64,000 nucleotides of DNA, from NCBI RefSeq assembly GCF_009914755.1, contig NC_060930.1. One strand, written 5' to 3'. The notes under the pieces were generated by a model. The model was not told the origin of the DNA. It did no database searches and saw only the letters and a program-made list of their open reading frames with translations. The translations under genes and the position numbers were made by a program. This document shows, one piece after another, positions 13,352 to 27,307 of the stretch. The stretch comes from the human T2T-CHM13v2.0 reference genome, Homo sapiens. Each line of letters begins with the position of its first letter. Position 1 is the first letter of the stretch.

Positions 13352-13649
13352 TGGGTGCAGTGGCTCATGCCTGTAATCCAAGCACTTTGGAAGGCCAAGA
13401 CAGATGGATCACGAGGTCAGGAGTTCAAGACCAGCCTGGTCAAGATGGTGAAACCCCATCTCTACTAAAAATACAAAAAAAATTACCCGGGAGTGTTGTC
13501 ATGTGCCTATAATCTCAGCTACTCGGGAAGCTGAGGCAGAGAATTGCTTGAACCTGGGAGACGGAGGTGGCAGTGAGCCGAGATCGCACCACTGCACTCC
13601 AGCCTGGGTGACAGGGTGAGACTCTGTAAAAACAAACAAACAAACAAAC
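13349..13649 (+). mobile_element. AluS, directly in tandem with the preceding Alu
   Basis: GGCTGGGTGCAGTGGCTCATGCCTGTAATCC through to an (AAAC)n tail. Confidence 0.95.
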
Positions 13650-16630
13650 TGATTTTCTTAGGAGAAATTCAAGCCTGTGGCAGGAATTCGCATAAGTAAT
13701 GAGGAACCAAATGTTAATCACCAAGACAATGGGGAAAATGTTTCCAGGACATGTCCGAGGTCTTCACAGCAGCCCCTCCCATCACAGGCCTGGAAGCCTA
13801 GGAGGAACAAATGGTTCCCTGGGCCAGGCTTATGGCCTTGCTCTTTTGTGCAGTTTTGGGACTTGGTGCCCTGCATTCCAGCTATGGCTAAAAGGGGCTA
13901 ACATTCAGTTCAGATTGCTGCTTCAGGAGTTGAAAGCCTCAAGCCTTGTTGGCTTACATATGGTGTTGGTCCCATGGGTGCATAGCAGTCAAGAATTGAG
14001 GTTTGAGAAGCTCTGCCTAGATTTCAGAGGATGTATAGAAATGCCCAGATATCAGGCAGATGTGTGCTGCAGGGGCAGAGCCCTCATGGAGAACCTCTGC
14101 TAGAGCAGTGCAGAAAAAAAATGTGAGGTGCAAGAATCTGCACGGAGTCCCCACTGGGGCACTGCCTAGTGGAGCTATGAGAAGACAGCCACCATCCTTC
14201 AGACCCTAGAATGGTACATCCACCAACAGCTTGCACTATGCACCTGGGAAAGCTGCAAACACTGAAAGTCAGTCCAGAAAGCAGCCATGAGGGGGGGCTG
14301 TACCCTAAAAAGACACAGGGGTGGATCTGATGAAGACCATAGGAACCCACCTCTTGCATCAGCATGACCTGAATGTGAAACATGGAGTCAAAGGAGATCA
14401 TTTCATGGCTTTAAGATTTGACTGCCCCACTGGATTTCAGACTTGTATGGGGCCTGTAGTCCCATTGTTTTGGCCAGTTTCTAACATGTGAAGCATGTTT
14501 ATTTACCCAATGCCTGTATCTAGGAAGTAACTAACTTGCTTTTGATTTTATAGGCTCAAGGGCAGAAGGGTCTTGCCTTGTCTCAGATAAGACTTTGTAC
14601 TGCAGACTTTTGAGTTAATGCTGAAATGAGTTAAGACTTTGGGGACTGTTGGGAAGGCATGATGGTTTTGAAATGTGAGAACATGAGATTTGGGAGGGGC
14701 TAGGAGTGGAATGATATGGTTTGGCTGTGTCCCTACCCAAATCTCATCTCAAATTGTAGCTCCCATAATCCCCACATGTCATGATAGGGACCCAGTGGGA
14801 GGTAATTGAATCATGGAGGCAGGTGTTTCCCTTGCTGTTCTTGTGATAGTGAATAAGTCTCATGAGGTCTGATGGTTTTGAAAAGGGTAGTTCCCCTGCA
14901 CAGGCTCTGTTGCCTGCCACCATGTAATATGTGCCTTTGCTCCTCGTGCACCTTCTGCCATGATTGGGAGGCCTCCCCAGCCATGTGGAATTGTGAGTCC
15001 ATTAAACCTCTTAAGTTACTCAGTTTTGGATATGTTTTTATCAGCAGCGTGAGGACAAACTAATACAAATTCTAAGTTTTTTTTACTTCAGTCCCTGTCT
15101 CTTGGCTGGCACTTCTGGACCCATTTGGGGCTTGAGGGATCTTGCCATTCTGAATGGAAGGACACAAGCCTGTCCTTTGTCTCCTGCTGATTGGAGAGCC
15201 ACAGGGACTGGGTGAACATAGGCAGTAGCCAGGGAGTGGTTACAGCAGGCCTTGGTGAGACCCAGCACTGTGTTGGATTCAGGTCATAGTAAGTGGTGAT
15301 TACAGGGGTGATTGTGTTACTCCACTCCTAGTTTTAGGTGGCTCAGAACAGTGAGGGAAACGCTGTATGTATGGGATAAAGTAAGAAAGAGAACAAGAGT
15401 TTCTGCCTGGTAATCCAGAGAATTCTCCCCGATCTGGTTCAAGACCATCAAGGCAGTATTTCTAAGAGTCTGCAAGAACCACAGGATGACTGGGTTGTGG
15501 TGCCTCCTAAAGAAGACACAGCTTAGATCAGAACATCCAAGTCTTTTCAAATATCTGGAAAGCCTCCCCAAGAAAGATGGCTACAAATAAGCTCAGACCA
15601 CAAAAACTACAATAAGTACCTAACTCCTTTATGTCCAGAAACTGAAGAACATCTATTAGCATCAACCCAATTCAAGAAAACATTACCTCACCAATGGACA
15701 AAATAAGGAACCAGAGACCAATCTTGGAGAACAGAGATGTGTGTCCTTTCAGACGGAATTTAAAATAGCAATGTTGAGGGAACTCAAATAATTCAAGGTA
15801 ACATAGAAGGAATTCAGGATTCTATCAGATAATTTTAACAAAGATCTTGAAATAATTAAAAAGAATCAAGCAAAATTCTGGAGCTGAAAATGCAATTGGC
15901 ATACTAAATAATGCATCAAAGTCCTTTAATAGCAGACTTGATCAAGCAGAAGAAATAATTAGTGAGCTTCAAGACAGGCTATTTGAAAATACACAGTCAG
16001 AAGAGACAAAAGAATAGAAAACAATGAAGCACACATATGAGATTCAGAAAATAGCCTTAAAAGGGCTAAGAGTTAATGCTCTTAAAGAGGAAGTAGAGAA
16101 CGAGATAGGAGTAGTAAGTTTACTCAAAGGGATTAATAACAGAGAACGTCTCAAACCTAGAGAAATATGTCAATATGCGAGTACAAGAAGGCTGTAGAAC
16201 ATCAAGCAGATTTAACCCTAAAAAAGACCACCTTGAGGCATTTAATAATCAAACTCCCAGAGGTCAAGGATAAAGAAAGGATTGGAAAAACAGCAAGAGA
16301 AAAGAAACAAATACATATAATGGAGCTTCAGTATGTTTGGAAGTAGAATTTTCAGTGGAAATCTTACAGGCCAGGAGAGAGTGGTATGATATATTTAAAG
16401 TGCTGAAGAAAAATAACTTTTACCCTAGAATATTATATATGGAGACAATATTATTCCAACATTCAGGACAAATAATAACTTCCCTAGACAAACAAAAGCT
16501 GAGGAATTTCATCAATGCCAAGCTTATCCTACAAGGAATGCTAAAAATATTCTTTCAATAAGAAAGAAAATAACATTGATGAGCAGTAAATATTCACCTG
16601 TGAAAGTACAAAACTCACTGTTAATACTAG

Positions 16631-16966
<336 letters not shown>

Positions 16967-17228
16967 TAATTTATTAGTATTCTTATAAGAAGAAATTGAA
17001 GAGAGCTTGCTCTCTCTCTCTCTCTCGCCACCCCCCTCACCCCCACTATGTGAGGAGACAAGAAGATGGTCATCAGCAAACCAAGAAGAGGGCCCTCACC
17101 AGAACTCAACCATGACACCACCTGGATCTTGGACTTCCCAGACTGCAGAACTGTGAGAAATAAATTTCTGTTATATAAACCACCCGGTCTGTGGTATTTT
17201 TGTTGTAGCAGCCCAATGGACTGAAACA
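16967..17228 (+). mobile_element. MLT1A-type LTR, 3' part
   Basis: ATGTGAGGAGACAAGAAGATGG...GGGCCCTCACCAGAA...ATCTTGGACTTCCCAGACTGCAGAACTGTGAGAAATAAATTTCTG...GACTGAAACA. Confidence 0.85.
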
Positions 17229-18148
17229 GAAATTGGTACTGGGAGTGGAGTTGGAAAAGGGGGTGGCACCACTCACAGTTATCCCTAGTGACACACTTGC
17301 ACAATTTTTGCTTCCTATTATCTCAAGTTTATGCTCTGTTGGCCTCACAATCTTACTCTCAAAGAGAGGAATACTTCCACCAAGAAACACAACAAGAAGT
17401 CCTTTGGAATGGAAGTTAAGACTGATATTTGGCTTCTTTGGGCTCCTCATGATTCTGAATCAACAGGCAATAAGGGGAATTATTGTCCTGGCTAAGGTGA
17501 TCTGTCCAGACTACAAAGGGGAAATTATACGACTGCTCCACCATGAAGGTAAGGAAGAGTAGGTCTGAAATATAAGAGATCCCTTCAGGCATCTCTTAGT
17601 ATTATCATGCCCTGTGATTAAGGTAAATAGAAAACTACAAGAATTCAATACTAATGGCTTAGATGCTTCAGGAATAAATGTTTGGTGGTGGTCAATAAAG
17701 TGGTTCATGCCACCAGGTAATGAACCACTACCAGCTGAGGTGCTAGCTGGAGGCAAAGAGAACACAGAATGGGTAGTAGAAGAAGGTATTTGTAATACCA
17801 ATTATGACCCATGACTCAGTTACTGTAACCAGGTTTGTGTGTGTGTGTGTAACTCTTAAGTATCTTTTTCTTTTCTCTCTTCTTCCCTTATCACATAAGA
17901 TGTGTTGACTTTTTATCATAGTATTTGATAATTTTGTATTAGTATTTAAATTATATGATGCCAAAGAAAAGAGTAAACATCACTCAAGGATTTTGCCTCC
18001 ACTTCTGGGGAATGGGTGGCATGTTTTGGATTGTATTGTGGATAGTTGTATCATGTTAAGTGAAATTTTGACCTTGTTATTATTTTCATTAGAGACTAAG
18101 TATGGTTTAATGGCATGTGTATGAGTGCCAAGTTTACAAGAGGTGGAC
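17229..18148 (+). mobile_element. ERV-L internal fragment: pol 3' end and dUTPase region (defective), plus PPT
   Basis: ORFs 17233-17562 (VAPLTVIPSDTLAQFLLP...LEWKLRL..GFFGLL...GIIVLAKVICPDYKGEI) and 17614-17814 (IKVNRKLQ...PAEVLAGGKENTEWVVEEG) match the HERV-L dUTPase and C-terminal region. PPT CAAGAGGTGGAC precedes the LTR. Confidence 0.9.
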
Positions 18149-18695
18149 TGTTGTGATTAATTTTATGTGTCAATTTGAGTAGGCCACAAGTTGTACAAAT
18201 ATCTGGTTAGATATTATTTCTGGATTTGTCTTCAGAATTTTTCTGGAAGTGATTAGCATTTAGGTTGGTGAACTAACTAAAGCAGATGGCGCCAGTGTGG
18301 GTGTTATCCCATTCATTGACAGTCTAAGTAGAAGAAAAATTGGAAGAAGGTCTCTGCCTGACTGCTTGAGCTGAGACATCTATCCGACTTGCCACTGATG
18401 CTCTTGGTTCTCAGGCCTTCGGACTTGAACTGGAATCTATACCATCAGCTCTGTGGCTCTAAGGTCTTCGAACTATACCACTGGGTTTGCTGAATCTCCA
18501 AGTTGGACATGGAAGATCATGGGAATTCTCAGTTTCCATAATCACAAAGCCAATATACTGTTATAAATCTCTTTGTGGATATATGATTCTAGGATATTTC
18601 TTTGTGGGATATATGTGATATATCCTATATTACATCTAGTTTGCTACCTAACCATACTACTGGTTTTATTTCTCTGGATAATCCTGAGTAGTACA
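18149..18695 (+). mobile_element. MLT2C/D-type ERV-L 3' LTR
   Basis: TGTTGTGATTAATTTTATGTGTCAATTTGA...AAAGCAGATGG...TTTCTCTGGATAATCCTGAGTAGTACA. Confidence 0.85.
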
Positions 18696-19550
18696 GAATT
18701 ATGCATTCTTTTAAGATTAGCCATTGTTGTGGTTACCTATTGATACCACATTATGGCTTTAATTTGCATTTCTCAGACGAGTAATCATGTTGAACACCTT
18801 TATACATATTTATCAATCATATGTATATTTTCATTGTCTAATAAGTGCCTTTTCATGTCCCTTGCTAATTTTAAGATATGGTTTCCTATTGTTATATTAC
18901 TGATTTCTAGATACATGATTTTTTGATATGATATTGCAAATATTTTCTGCAAGTCAGCAGCTTGTCTTTTCATTCTTTTAATGGTCAGTTTTGCTCAACA
19001 GAAGTGTTAAGTTTAATTATGCAATCCAATTTATCAGTCTTTTTTTTAAAAAAAGAGACAAAGTTAGTGCTTTTGTGCCCTAGTTATTAATCTTGGCCTA
19101 CCCCAAGATTATGAAGATATTTTTCTATGTTTTATTCTAGAAACTTTATTGTTTTACTTTCATCATAGGTCTGTGTTCCACCTTTAATTAATTTTTGTAA
19201 ATGGCATAAAATAAATGGTCAAGTTTTAATTTTTTCCCGTGTGGCTATCTAATTGACCCAGCACCATTTATTGAAAAGCCCACCACCCTTGCTGTCACCG
19301 AATTCTACAGTACTCTTGGAATGGATTATATAATCATACATTAGTGAGTCTTTTTCTGGATTACCTATTCTTTTCAATTGATCAAATAATTTATCAGTGT
19401 GCCAATAGCATAAAGACTGAAATTTTATAGTAATTATTGATATCTAGGTAATTTAATTTCTTCAGCTTTGTTCTCCTTCAAGATTGTCTTAAATAATGTA
19501 GGTACACTGCATCTGTATATGAATTTTGGAAGAAATTTGTGAATTTATAT
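18696..19550 (-). mobile_element. Old L1M, right part of the host element (continues 9478-10120)
   Basis: TTAGCCATT...TTTAATTTGCATTTCTC...CAGCACCATTTATTGAAAAG...TTCTTCAGCTTTGTTCTCCTTCAAGATTG. Confidence 0.78.
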
Positions 19551-22500
19551 ACATGCACATGCACGCATACAAACACATGCCTCTTTGGAATAAATACAAT
19601 TATAGACATAAAATGAAGCTTTTAAAGCTGATGCAGAAAATTTAATGCTATCCTCTTTAAAAAAAAGCGTTCACCAACATTTTGGTGTATATTCCTTTTT
19701 ATGATCAGTTATGATCAGTAGAGAACCAGACACATTCTTACTGTGTTTCCTTTTATCTATAAAAGTCCTTTAACAATATCCGCCTTATTCCTCAAAATCT
19801 ATTTCAAGATAATGAATCTTCTTATCTTTAAACATGTTTAATTAATTTGTCAAATTATTCTGTATTACATACATAATAAATATCAAGTATAAATGGTGTG
19901 GAATTAATATTTTTAAAGATAGATATATTAATGATTTTTTGATGGCCAGGGTAACTTTAAACACAATAGAGAAAGGAAATTAACTCTACTGAATTTTTCC
20001 ATGTGTTTAAATACATTGACTTGCATGTGAAATAGTTTAAATGATACAAGTTAAATCTATTGTTGCCCATCTATAAAATGGGATACCGAGGAAATTATAG
20101 AAAAGTTTGTATAATGTGATTCAGCATATTTAAGACAAAAGGTTACATGCAGGTAAACATTACCCATACTTATCTATAAGATGTCAAAAGGGAAGATTAC
20201 AGGTAGTTGGATTATTTCACTCTCTGATTTCACTTCAGTGTTGTTTGAGATTTCATTATATTGTTTTGGTTTTATTAATAGTAATATAACACATATTTGT
20301 AAGGATGTCTTTACAAAGATGTAGTTAATATCTCTCAGTATAAAAAGAATGTGTTGGTACTGAAATGGTTTCTTATAAGGGTGACTGTGAAATCTTTCAG
20401 GGAAAATATATATTTTGTTTTTGTTTCCTAAGGCCTAGCCCAGTATGTGAACAAAATTAGGTATTAATTAAAAAATAGATGACCTCAATTCAGAGAGCTT
20501 GTATATTATTTTTGGACAGTCTATTATGTTAATTGTAGAGTAACAGAATTTCTGTGAGTTTATACCCAACTTTAGATATTATGTTCTTACATTATTTAGC
20601 ATCAACTAATAGTTAAAATTAAATATGATGTCCTAACAAATAGCTCTTAGGGAAAATATGGAACAAAAATTTGTTGAAATATTATGGTATGTTTTTTCAA
20701 ATACTGTCCATTCTTTCATTTATATAATCAACTCATCAGTTAACTGACTACATTATATCGTATATCCTAAAGTTAACTGAATGACTTTGGCTTCAAAAGG
20801 GAGCAGAGCAAAGTAAAATTTGAGGGATAATCTTTACTGGGTTTAGACAAATTAGTGAAGATGTAGGAACAAGATTAAGGATGTAAATGGTATCTGAAAT
20901 AAGCACAGGTCATTGGGAGACTGGTTCACTGTTGACAGACCCTTGAAGTTATTTTTCTGTTATCATGGAAAAGCCTGGAAGTGATATTGGCACAAGTATC
21001 ATTGGGGGATCTAGTGATTCCCATCAAGACATAAGGCATAAAATGTGTTCATTACTCCACTGGTCTAGTTTGGGTAGTGACATCTTAACCCAGCTTCCAG
21101 AGATCGTGTTTCCTTGTGGAAGCTCCTTATTGAAGTATTGGGCTAGTTGTTTACCAGAAGTTGGTGCTTTGATACCAATGAGAAATAAGGAAGAAAAGTC
21201 ATACTATAATAATTTCTATATTACTAAGGCCTTAGTGATATTTGAAAATATTGTTGGTGCATATTTTTTCTCTTGCAACTTTGACATGGTTCACAGCCTC
21301 AAAGTTAATGCTTTTATTGTTGGTGATCAATACAGATTTTACTACATTTTCTTAAGATCTACGTTACTGTCTTACATGGGAGTAAAGCATTATTGTAGTT
21401 TATGCAAAAACTCTGTTTTCTTGTTTCTGGGAATCTTATTGAGGAAATTATATAGTCCCCTGGGCAGATAATTTTCCTTATATTGAAAAGAATTAACTTT
21501 TTTTTTCATTTACTTTAATGTAGCTGGGTTGTTAATTTGTAGCACATTGGTGGAAAAAGCCACAGCAGGAAGCTTTTGGCTCTTACTGAGATATGTAAAT
21601 TACAGTAATAATCTTTGCATTAAAAGTGATAAAATAAATTTAATGGGTCCAGTCCCACAGTTCTTATTCTGAACCACCTCACCAAAAAAAGAGAAAGAAT
21701 TTTATGAATAAAACTGGAAATATTCAACTAAATTTAGTAAGACTGTTTCCATAGCTTGTATTCCTTCAATTATTCTTAGAAGTTTCCTTTGAAAACACAA
21801 TGGAAAGATTCAAAATATGCTGACCTTTTCCTGACCTGAGGTTTTGTCTCACTATTAATAGGAGTTTTAAATGAATAAATATCATATGCTTATAAAATAT
21901 AATAAGCTAGAAGTCTATTTCTCTTTAACAAAAATTAAGAGACATACATGGCCTTATATACTGTGGGGGTGAATGGATGTTCAAATAGCAATATTTCTTT
22001 CTCTTACTGATTGCCACCCTCTCTGAAATTCTCAATAGCCATGGGGGTTTTTAAAATAATATACTCACTATGTCTCCATAAGATCCATGTTAAAATATAA
22101 GCATGTTGAAGAACATGGACACAAAAATACATTATTGTCCATGTTAAAATTTTTGAATGACTTTCTTCTCAAGGATTGTGAGCAGAGCCTTGCAAGAAGT
22201 ATGAATACATGTCATTGGTACATGGAAAAGAGAAGAAAGGGAGACATCAGGTGTATGAACTATTGTCCAGATGTAGGCGGCAATGAGGGAAAGTGTGTCA
22301 AAGTGCACAGGCCAGTGAAGGGAGCCTGATTTATGTCATGAAATACCATTCCTCTGCTGCACAATTTCATCTTGAGTTTGCCCTATTCATGACTTTTCAG
22401 TGTCAATAACAAAAACACGAAGACCAATAATATAATAGAAGTAGTGGGATATTTAGAGTAGTTACTATGTATTTTTTGAAATTCTTTGAAAATGTTCACA

Positions 22501-22934
22501 GAAATTATCTTGATTTACAGGAACAAATGAAGATATATGAGGGAAATTACAGAATTAGTAGCATGAAGCTAAAGTTTCCCAAAGAAGGCATTATTTTACT
22601 CTAACTGAAATTTACTAGCCAAATGATCATATTCTATGGAAACCTAGTACTATTAAAAAAAACCTACATTTTTACATGCACTGTTAAAATTTTACCTGCT
22701 TAAAATATAGCATGCCTAGCAATTTTTCCAGTCCCAGTTTAATTTCTGTCACAATAACGGCTCTTAACAGATTATTGTGCTTAAAGAAAAAAAATAAGGG
22801 AAGAAAGTCCAAGACGAATTTTCTTCTCTTGATGTTTAGAGAGGTATATTTTGAAGCCCTGCCCTAGTGCATGAAAGGTAAATGGCTTCTGTTTTTAATG
22901 AGAATTCCAGCAAAGTAAGAAATGGCTCAAGCCA

Positions 22935-23050
22935 AGTTGCTGCACTGGTTGTTTATGGCTGTTGTCTGCTCTGAATGGATGGGTGTGTGCTCTGATTGGT
23001 TGGCACTTATTGTACCAGTTGTTATATACAATATTTTGAATAACACCCTG
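22935..23050 (-). mobile_element. Old hAT-like MITE fragment (family not assigned)
   Basis: Ends GTACCAGTTGTTA...AATATTTTGAATAACACCCTG; a related end occurs at about 56310-56345. Confidence 0.45.
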
Positions 23051-23454
23051 GAGAATAACTGACAGAAAACTTGGAAGTAATTGTCACCTCATCCAAAAAT
23101 CCAATTATGTAGAAACTTGTATCATAGTTGTGGGAAAGCTGTTATATGGATCCAGTATGAGTAGCAGCTGCCCACTTTACTGTTGCTCTCTAGAGAAATA
23201 CTAGCTCAAGGATGCCCAAACGCTTAGGAGAATAAATCAAAATATGTATCAAGCTTTCCACACTTGCTACTTGCTTATAGTAATCAATATCTTGACATAT
23301 TAGGGCATATGAGGATATTTTTTCAATTATTTTGTAATTTTTACATTTTCTAACAAAGTAACAGTTACTATCCATTTTAATAGATGAGAATCTAAGTCTC
23401 TAAGTTTTGTTTATATCAGTCTAGTGAAACAAAGTGATACTTCACCCATAATCA

Positions 23455-24130
23455 CTATTCAAAAGTTTATTGAACATCTATTAAGATGCAAATTTCTATG
23501 ATAGACACTATGAATGGTTTAAAAAAAGACAATATATTATTGCTCTACAACATCTTTTAGTATATGAAGAAATGTGTGCAATGTCTTTTGATTTAATTCT
23601 ACATTTCCTTAAGGGGTGGCTTGCCAGAAAAGCATTTGAATTCTTAAAAGAAAGTCTTAGGCAAGTCATTAGGAAACACCTCATGACTAAGAATAATAAG
23701 AAAACTGAAATGCATTTATTGAATAAATGTTTATTGAATGTAATAAAGAGAAACATTGTCTGCTTTGAAACAGAAATAAGTCTGATGAAACCTCAGTCAC
23801 ACCAAGTAAATTCAGCTCAGAGTACCATACTTTGAGATTCTCAGAGGAAAAAGCTCCTAGCAAGGGGCACAGGTGAGGGTAGGGTTGGGGAGCCTTGAAA
23901 AATGAGGCTGGAGAAGAAGGCAAGGTCCAGGTGAGCAAGAAGCTTGTATGGATGCTATGAAGGTTGAGCTTTAGCTTGTATGTGCAAACACCAACAGATT
24001 TTGAATGTGGAGGGAGGTGGCCTAGTTATATTTTATTTTTAGATAATAATGGACTATGGAACTGAGTGTAGCAGCCCTGATGATGGGCATACACTAATTA
24101 AGGGGTCATTCCTGTAGTCTAGTTATAGGT
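23455..24130 (-). mobile_element. L2 LINE fragments
   Basis: TTCAAAAGTTTATTGAACATCTATT...AATGAGGCTGGAGAAGAAGGCAAGGTCCAG...ATTTTATTTTAGATAATA, typical of L2 3' regions. Confidence 0.5.
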
Positions 24131-24699
24131 GGTGCAAATTTAATGTAGGCTAGTTTCAGTCAGAAATATTTTATCAATATACCTTTTTTTGGGTGGGAGT
24201 AATCAACTTGGCCATGCAAATAGGGTGAAACTAGTTTTAGTAAATCTAATTCCAATGACGCTTTTCAATAGAGACCTATATAACACGTTTTCTCTCAGAG
24301 GCTCACCCATTTTTAACTGGGAGGCAGCTGGTATACAACATCAACTAATAACTAATGCTCTTCACAGAACCTCTGGGACACTCATTGAGTCTGCTTTCTT
24401 TGCAGGTCTTGCCTCATCACTGCCATGACAGGGGGGTCCAATGTGAGGATTCTGGTGTCTATGCCAAGCATCTCTTTTCCAACGTAGATCTGATTTCTTA
24501 ACATAGCCAACAGCAAGTCAACATCAGCTTTGCAGAGAAAAGCAGGTATTAAACGAACATAAAATATTATTTGGTGGTTATAAACAAAATATGTAATTAT
24601 AAGTATAAAGCTTTTTCTAATGTTTAAGTCAAGAAGTTATCCATAATTGTAATGGTTGTTCCATTGTTTGAATAAGCATATAAATTACAAGTTTGTGAC

Positions 24700-24870
24700 T
24701 GTATTAGTTAACATTTACTGAGCATTGACCACGTGCTACACATTGTCTTATCCACTTTAGGCATATGTTGTCTCATTTAATTCTCCAACAACTCCTTGGG
24801 TTAGGTGATATTTTTGTGCCCATTTTATAGAAAGTAGAGCTAAAGTTTAGAGACCTGCCTAAGTCAAGTA
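24700..24870 (-). mobile_element. MIR SINE
   Basis: TAACATTTACTGAGCATTGACCACGTGC...CTCATTTAATTCTCCAACAAC...CCCATTTTATAGAAAG. Confidence 0.75.
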
Positions 24871-26069
24871 TTGCATCATGCATACTTCCTCTCCTTGTGG
24901 GGCGTTTGTTTGAATATGAGACTCCTTAGTAACTTTGGAGTCTAATGTCAAGGGTCAAATTTCTGTCATGAAATCATTTATGCATTGCAAGATTGAACAA
25001 GAAGTAAAAGCTGAAGTAGGGTGTTTGAAACCTATGCAATGAAACGGTAAACTAAAAAATAGTGAGAATTAATTAATTAATCACAGAAAGACAGTCACAG
25101 CTGCTTTGGATCATGCTGGATTTATTTAGCAGAAGTAGCATAATTCTTTAGAACAGAAAGCAAAAGCAGAGACATTGATTGAAACTGCAGGGGGAATTTT
25201 GGTAAGCAGAATATAATTGCTCATTATTTTTATTTGTATCTTCCCATTTCCTTGTTTCCCTTTCCCTTTGTTCTTTAATAATACTCAAGACTTTGCATGA
25301 AAACACATTCTTTTCATTACTTGTATATTTAGCCTGGTCCTCCAGCTTGTCTCATTCAGAAGTCATAATCAGTTTCTAATGTCATTATAATTTCTAGTTG
25401 GGGCATCATAATCATGAGAATATGACATTTGTAGAAGCAGATGAACCAAGAAATAAAACACTTATTTTTATGCAAATATTCCAAGCAATACACTAAAAGA
25501 ACAATAAATTTAAAAAGATAACTCTGTCACTATGGTGGGCTTCTAAACTAAAATCTTCTATGACAATTCAACTGCTTTATACAGGTCTGACTGAAACTTG
25601 ATTTTAATAGTGCACACAACAGTACCCTTTTTAAGCCAATATTTGTCCTCATACATTTATTCACACTGTAAACAAATTATAAAAATATAGGGTTTTAAAA
25701 ATATTAATATTTTTATTTATACTTGGAGGATGAAATGAACATTAAAGGATTTTTTCTTTCCAATCACCTCAAAAATGAAACAAAAGATAATTATATAAAA
25801 CTATTTTGTCACCTAATATATGTCTGAAATATATTACTTAAATGGCAACAGGCTGTTGATGTAGTTTCTCAATGTTGCATGTTTAATGACAACTCTGCTC
25901 TTTACCAGAAACAGTAGAAACATAAGATTGTTTTACAAAATATCATTTGACAAACATATGGAGTATTCATCTGCTCTATTGTATTTCATTTTAAATAAAT
26001 ATGTGAATGCATATATTTTAAGTTTTCCAAAATCATTGAATTCAGTATCAGATATTATTTAGATTGATG

Positions 26070-26283
26070 TCAACATACTTTTTTTCCACAAAGCATCAGA
26101 TTGTAGTTATGTTTTACTTTTCTAGACACATGGTCTCTGCAGCAAATAGTTGACTGTGCTGTTGTAGCATGAACCTGCCATAAACAACACATTAATGAAT
26201 TTGTGATGTATTCCAATACAACTTCTTTACAAAAATACATGGGGGCTGGATTTGGCCTGACGGTACTTATTTGCTACTCTGGT
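26070..26283 (+). mobile_element. MER58A-like hAT-Charlie MITE
   Basis: ATGGTCTCTGCAGCAA...TGCTGTTGTAGCATGAA...TTCCAATACAACTTCTTTACAAAAA...GGGCTGGATTTGGCC. Confidence 0.7.
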
Positions 26284-26962
26284 TTAAGAATGTTTTTCAA
26301 CAAGTAAACCTTTGCAAAATAAACCTTTGTTAATATTTACTTTATTTACTGTAAGATTGTTCTTCTTACACATTAAATGAGAGTTATGATAAATTACAAA
26401 AGGGAAACTATTACTTAAAACTTATGACATTTTTGCATGCAGAAAGATCAGGCTAAAATGCAAATATGTTTTCTAGTAGAAATTGTAGTCTGACTCCCAG
26501 TACATTATGTTGCTTGATGATTTCAAAGGTAAAAAGAAGCAATGTACTCCCAAATTCTTACTAACTTAGAAACATTGTGTCTCTTCCAGACAGAAAACTG
26601 GGCTTATCATACTTTTTCTGTTGGTAAAACATTCTTTTCTCACCTCTTGTTTAAAAAAAAAAAAAAAAACTTTGAAAAACTAAAATTCCACTGACCTATC
26701 AAAATGATCTTAGATCTCATGGTAGTACAACCCAGTGTCAGAAATAAAACATGGTACAACCAAAGCTAGAGGCAGGAAGAATCCTGGTATCAATAGGAAG
26801 GTCATGCTTAGAGAGGTCATGCTTCTTACTATATTCTATTGTTTAAAATAGTTTTGAAAAAGTGATGAGGTGATTAACTAAAAGATCTAACCTGCAGAGA
26901 TGGCTCTGAGCTGGGAAGAGGGCAGGAATGAAGCATGTATTCCAAATTAGCATCTAGAATGA

Positions 26963-27293
<331 letters not shown>

Positions 27294-27307
27294 TGTAGTG
27301 TCTTTAA

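Larger units (their letters stand above)
12139..15067 (+). mobile_element. Complete THE1 MaLR retrotransposon: 5' LTR 12139-12507, internal region 12508-14711, 3' LTR 14712-15067
   Basis: Two ~360-bp direct LTRs (ATGGTTTG(A/G)CTGTGTCCC...CTAATACA) flank typical THE1-int. A purine tract GGGAGGGGCTAGGAGTGGAA precedes the 3' LTR. Confidence 0.95.

Noticed and set aside
13677-14401. ORFs of 74-134 aa inside THE1-int
   Set aside because: Fragments of the decayed MaLR internal region; no intact reading frame.
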